Shown here piece after piece: positions 57,410 to 59,090 of a DNA stretch of 59,090 nt. The position numbers and the translations under genes are program-made. The notes beneath the pieces were generated by a model. That model made no database searches and was not told where the DNA came from. It saw nothing but the letters and a program-made list of their open reading frames with translations. Each line of letters opens with the position of its first letter. Within the stretch, counting starts at the first letter, position 1. Source of the DNA: a bacterium (GTDB taxonomy: Bacteria > Bacillota_I > Bacilli_A > RFN20 > CAG-826); contig CAVIJK010000005.1 in the NCBI GenBank assembly GCA_963643345.1, positions 1 to 59,090 on the forward strand, read 5' to 3'.

Positions 57410-57567
57410 GATGAGACTATTATCATCCAAGGACGCAATTTGTAAAGCAAATTCGAACAAAGCTGGTAAGAGTTTAAAGAAAAACACACGATTTGATTTT
57501 ATTGTATTTATTAATTCTATCCCTATAGATAGAACGTTCCGGTTTAGCGGGCAATCAGTTTTATCTT

Positions 57568-57600
57568 GTAAAAAAAAGAAAGGCACTTTTTAAGTGCCAA
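57568..57600 (-). terminator. Rho-independent terminator of the large secreted-protein gene
   Basis: On the minus strand the hairpin is GGCACT-taaaa-AGTGCC, followed by TTTCTTTTTTTT. Confidence 0.75.
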
Positions 57601-57672
57601 GTTGATTGAGTGTTCGTTTTTTTTGTGTTGAAATTATTTTCCAAGAATTTTGCTAGCGGCCCCCGCTATGGA

Positions 57673-59090
57673 TTAAGCGGCGGAAGCGTTACTGTCCCAA
57701 ACTGCGTTCTGATTGTATTCAACATTATCTGTAGTTGCGACGAATACCTCAAGTTTGATATTGTCAGAGGATTCAGGACTATAATAAAGCATCGATGCGC
57801 TTTGTCTTGCAAAATAAATCCTTGCCGAAGTTGTAGAGGCCCCTGCGGTTGTGATTTTAAAAAGGATATCAATATAGGTTTCGCCTGATGTAGTTGTTTG
57901 AGGAATGACATGGATATAGCGAACATTATTGAGATTATAAGCAGTAGATGTGTCTCCATCTGAATCACCAGCGTTAGCGCCAATATCTAGGTACATTAAA
58001 TATGCCATATAGCTATCTGTGGCATTGGATTTACCTATTGCATAATCGCCAGGATTAACCGGAAGCTCAAAGTAATATGCTTTATTAACGTTGTCACTAC
58101 CAAAAGTATTTGAGCCTGTAACATTATCAAAATCAAATTTTAAAGTAAGTCCTGTCGGATCCGTCGGATCATATAAAACGTTTCCATTTGAATCTTGATA
58201 AATTTTTTTGATTCTTGTGACGCTTTTAATCTTGTGATCGCTATCTCTATCGATTGAAAACAAATCAAACATCGTGTTATTTCCGGTTTGACCATAATAA
58301 GAGCCAATAAGTGTGGTTATATAACCTTTTTTTGCGACTGAAAAGTTCAAGCATCCCTTTACGAATTGATAATTTTTATATGGTTGCCCAAGTATCTTGA
58401 CATCAAAGGAAGGTGAAGCCCAATTTGATGAGCTGCTTACGTCTACTTGAACCATATGAAAACCATGAACGACTTTATAGCCATTCATGAATTCATCAAA
58501 ATTATCCATGACTGAGCTGAACCTGGTGTAGCCATAATCTGAAGCCTTGTCCGTCGTTACACTTCCATTGGCCTTTTGATACAATTCGGCAGTGTTTGTG
58601 CCACTTGTTGTATCAATGGTGTAAACCTTTATATTTCCATCATATATACTGCTCACGCCGGAATTTCCAAGCCCACTCGATAGGGATTGCAAACGAGTTC
58701 TTATATCGCCATAGCTGCCATTCGTTTTTCCTACAAGATAACCGGAATTGTTATCCGCAATCAATTCAAATTCGCTCGTGTGAGTTTGATAATAGGACGT
58801 CGTATGATAACTTGATGGGCTCCCGGATGGGGTAACTTTGGTTTCGCCACCATCGAACGCCTTATCGGTATTGATGCTTAAAGGCAAGAATGTTCCGTCT
58901 TTGACATACCAATAAGTAGTTGAGGTGTTATTCCAATACATTTCTTTGGAACTGGACGTAACACCACCATAACCATAGGTGCTATTCTCCACATTGTAAC
59001 GAGAGCCGGTATTTACAGAAAAAGTCGAAACCCCGCTAATATAATTCATTCTTCGGTTAAGGGTCATCATATCGATGCTACTTCCCCAAT
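57673..59090 (-). CDS. Large S/T/N/G/Y-rich protein of unknown function (partial; frame open past right edge)
   Basis: The frame remains open upstream of the listed Met (..WGSSIDMMTLNRR..) to nt 59090. The composition is beta-rich and low in hydrophobic residues. No LPXTG motif and no recognisable domain were seen. Confidence 0.8.
   Translation of the reverse strand, partial: WGSSIDMMTLNRRMNYISGVSTFSVNTGSRYNVENSTYGYGGVTSSSKEMYWNNTSTTYWYVKDGTFLPLSINTDKAFDGGETKVTPSGSPSSYHTTSYYQTHTSEFELIADNNSGYLVGKTNGSYGDIRTRLQSLSSGLGNSGVSSIYDGNIKVYTIDTTSGTNTAELYQKANGSVTTDKASDYGYTRFSSVMDNFDEFMNGYKVVHGFHMVQVDVSSSSNWASPSFDVKILGQPYKNYQFVKGCLNFSVAKKGYITTLIGSYYGQTGNNTMFDLFSIDRDSDHKIKSVTRIKKIYQDSNGNVLYDPTDPTGLTLKFDFDNVTGSNTFGSDNVNKAYYFELPVNPGDYAIGKSNATDSYMAYLMYLDIGANAGDSDGDTSTAYNLNNVRYIHVIPQTTTSGETYIDILFKITTAGASTTSARIYFARQSASMLYYSPESSDNIKLEVFVATTDNVEYNQNAVWDSNASAA

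Noticed and set aside
57410-57586. The long N-terminal extension of the GGDEF ORF (GTG 57586).
   Set aside because: That start codon sits within the GGCACT/AGTGCC terminator hairpin of the upstream gene. The extension lacks TM character, and a promoter precedes ATG 57409.
1-59090. CRISPR arrays, transposases/IS elements, integrases, prophage genes, toxin-antitoxin pairs and known defence systems.
   Set aside because: I found no regularly spaced direct repeats. None of the ORFs shows the hallmark motifs, such as DDE/serine/tyrosine recombinases, Cas proteins, or restriction-modification methylase or helicase sets.

Overview
This 59-kb window is low-GC chromosomal DNA from a Bacillota/Mollicutes-like bacterium. 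It uses the standard genetic code (TGA works as a stop, Trp is TGG) and encodes several Cys-lipobox lipoproteins. It is mostly core housekeeping, in tightly packed and often translationally coupled operons. In order, the window contains: a LytTR two-component pair whose kinase runs off the left edge and is missing from the ORF track; a large glycosidase-like lipoprotein; glycerate kinase; glgB-glgP; ackA-nrnA; dnaE-polA-(mutM::coaE fusion), convergent with dnaB-like/dnaI; pfkA-pyk-glucokinase; a YgbA_NO/DUF454/CydDC-like operon; an eight-gene pyr operon (pyrC-carAB-pyrKD-pyrF-pyrE-pyrB); a T-box-controlled thrS; an S41-like lipoprotein; azlCD; an M18 aminopeptidase; an MGMT-like protein; TauE; two zinc-ribbon membrane proteins; and DegV. 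The last ~9 kb (50.2-59.1 kb) looks accessory. It holds an envelope glycosylation set (alpha/beta hydrolase, deacetylase, GT-C-like membrane protein, GT2), a 773-bp non-coding stretch with a LytTR gene relic and GC-rich hairpins, a membrane GGDEF cyclase, and a large S/T/N/G/Y-rich protein with no recognisable domain that runs off the right edge. I saw no CRISPR array, transposase, integrase, rRNA or tRNA, and no recognisable defence system. The most unusual items are: a PyrB fused to only the zinc domain of PyrI; a naturally Cys-to-Ser MGMT homologue; an in-frame Fpg-CoaE fusion; DnaA boxes in front of the helicase-loader operon; a recurrent -10 box placed 6-12 nt from start codons with no Shine-Dalgarno (leaderless-type mRNAs); a thrS T-box whose Stem I looks truncated; and the structured GC-rich non-coding block at 55.5-56.3 kb. 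All functional calls rest on motif recognition by eye. No database search was run.
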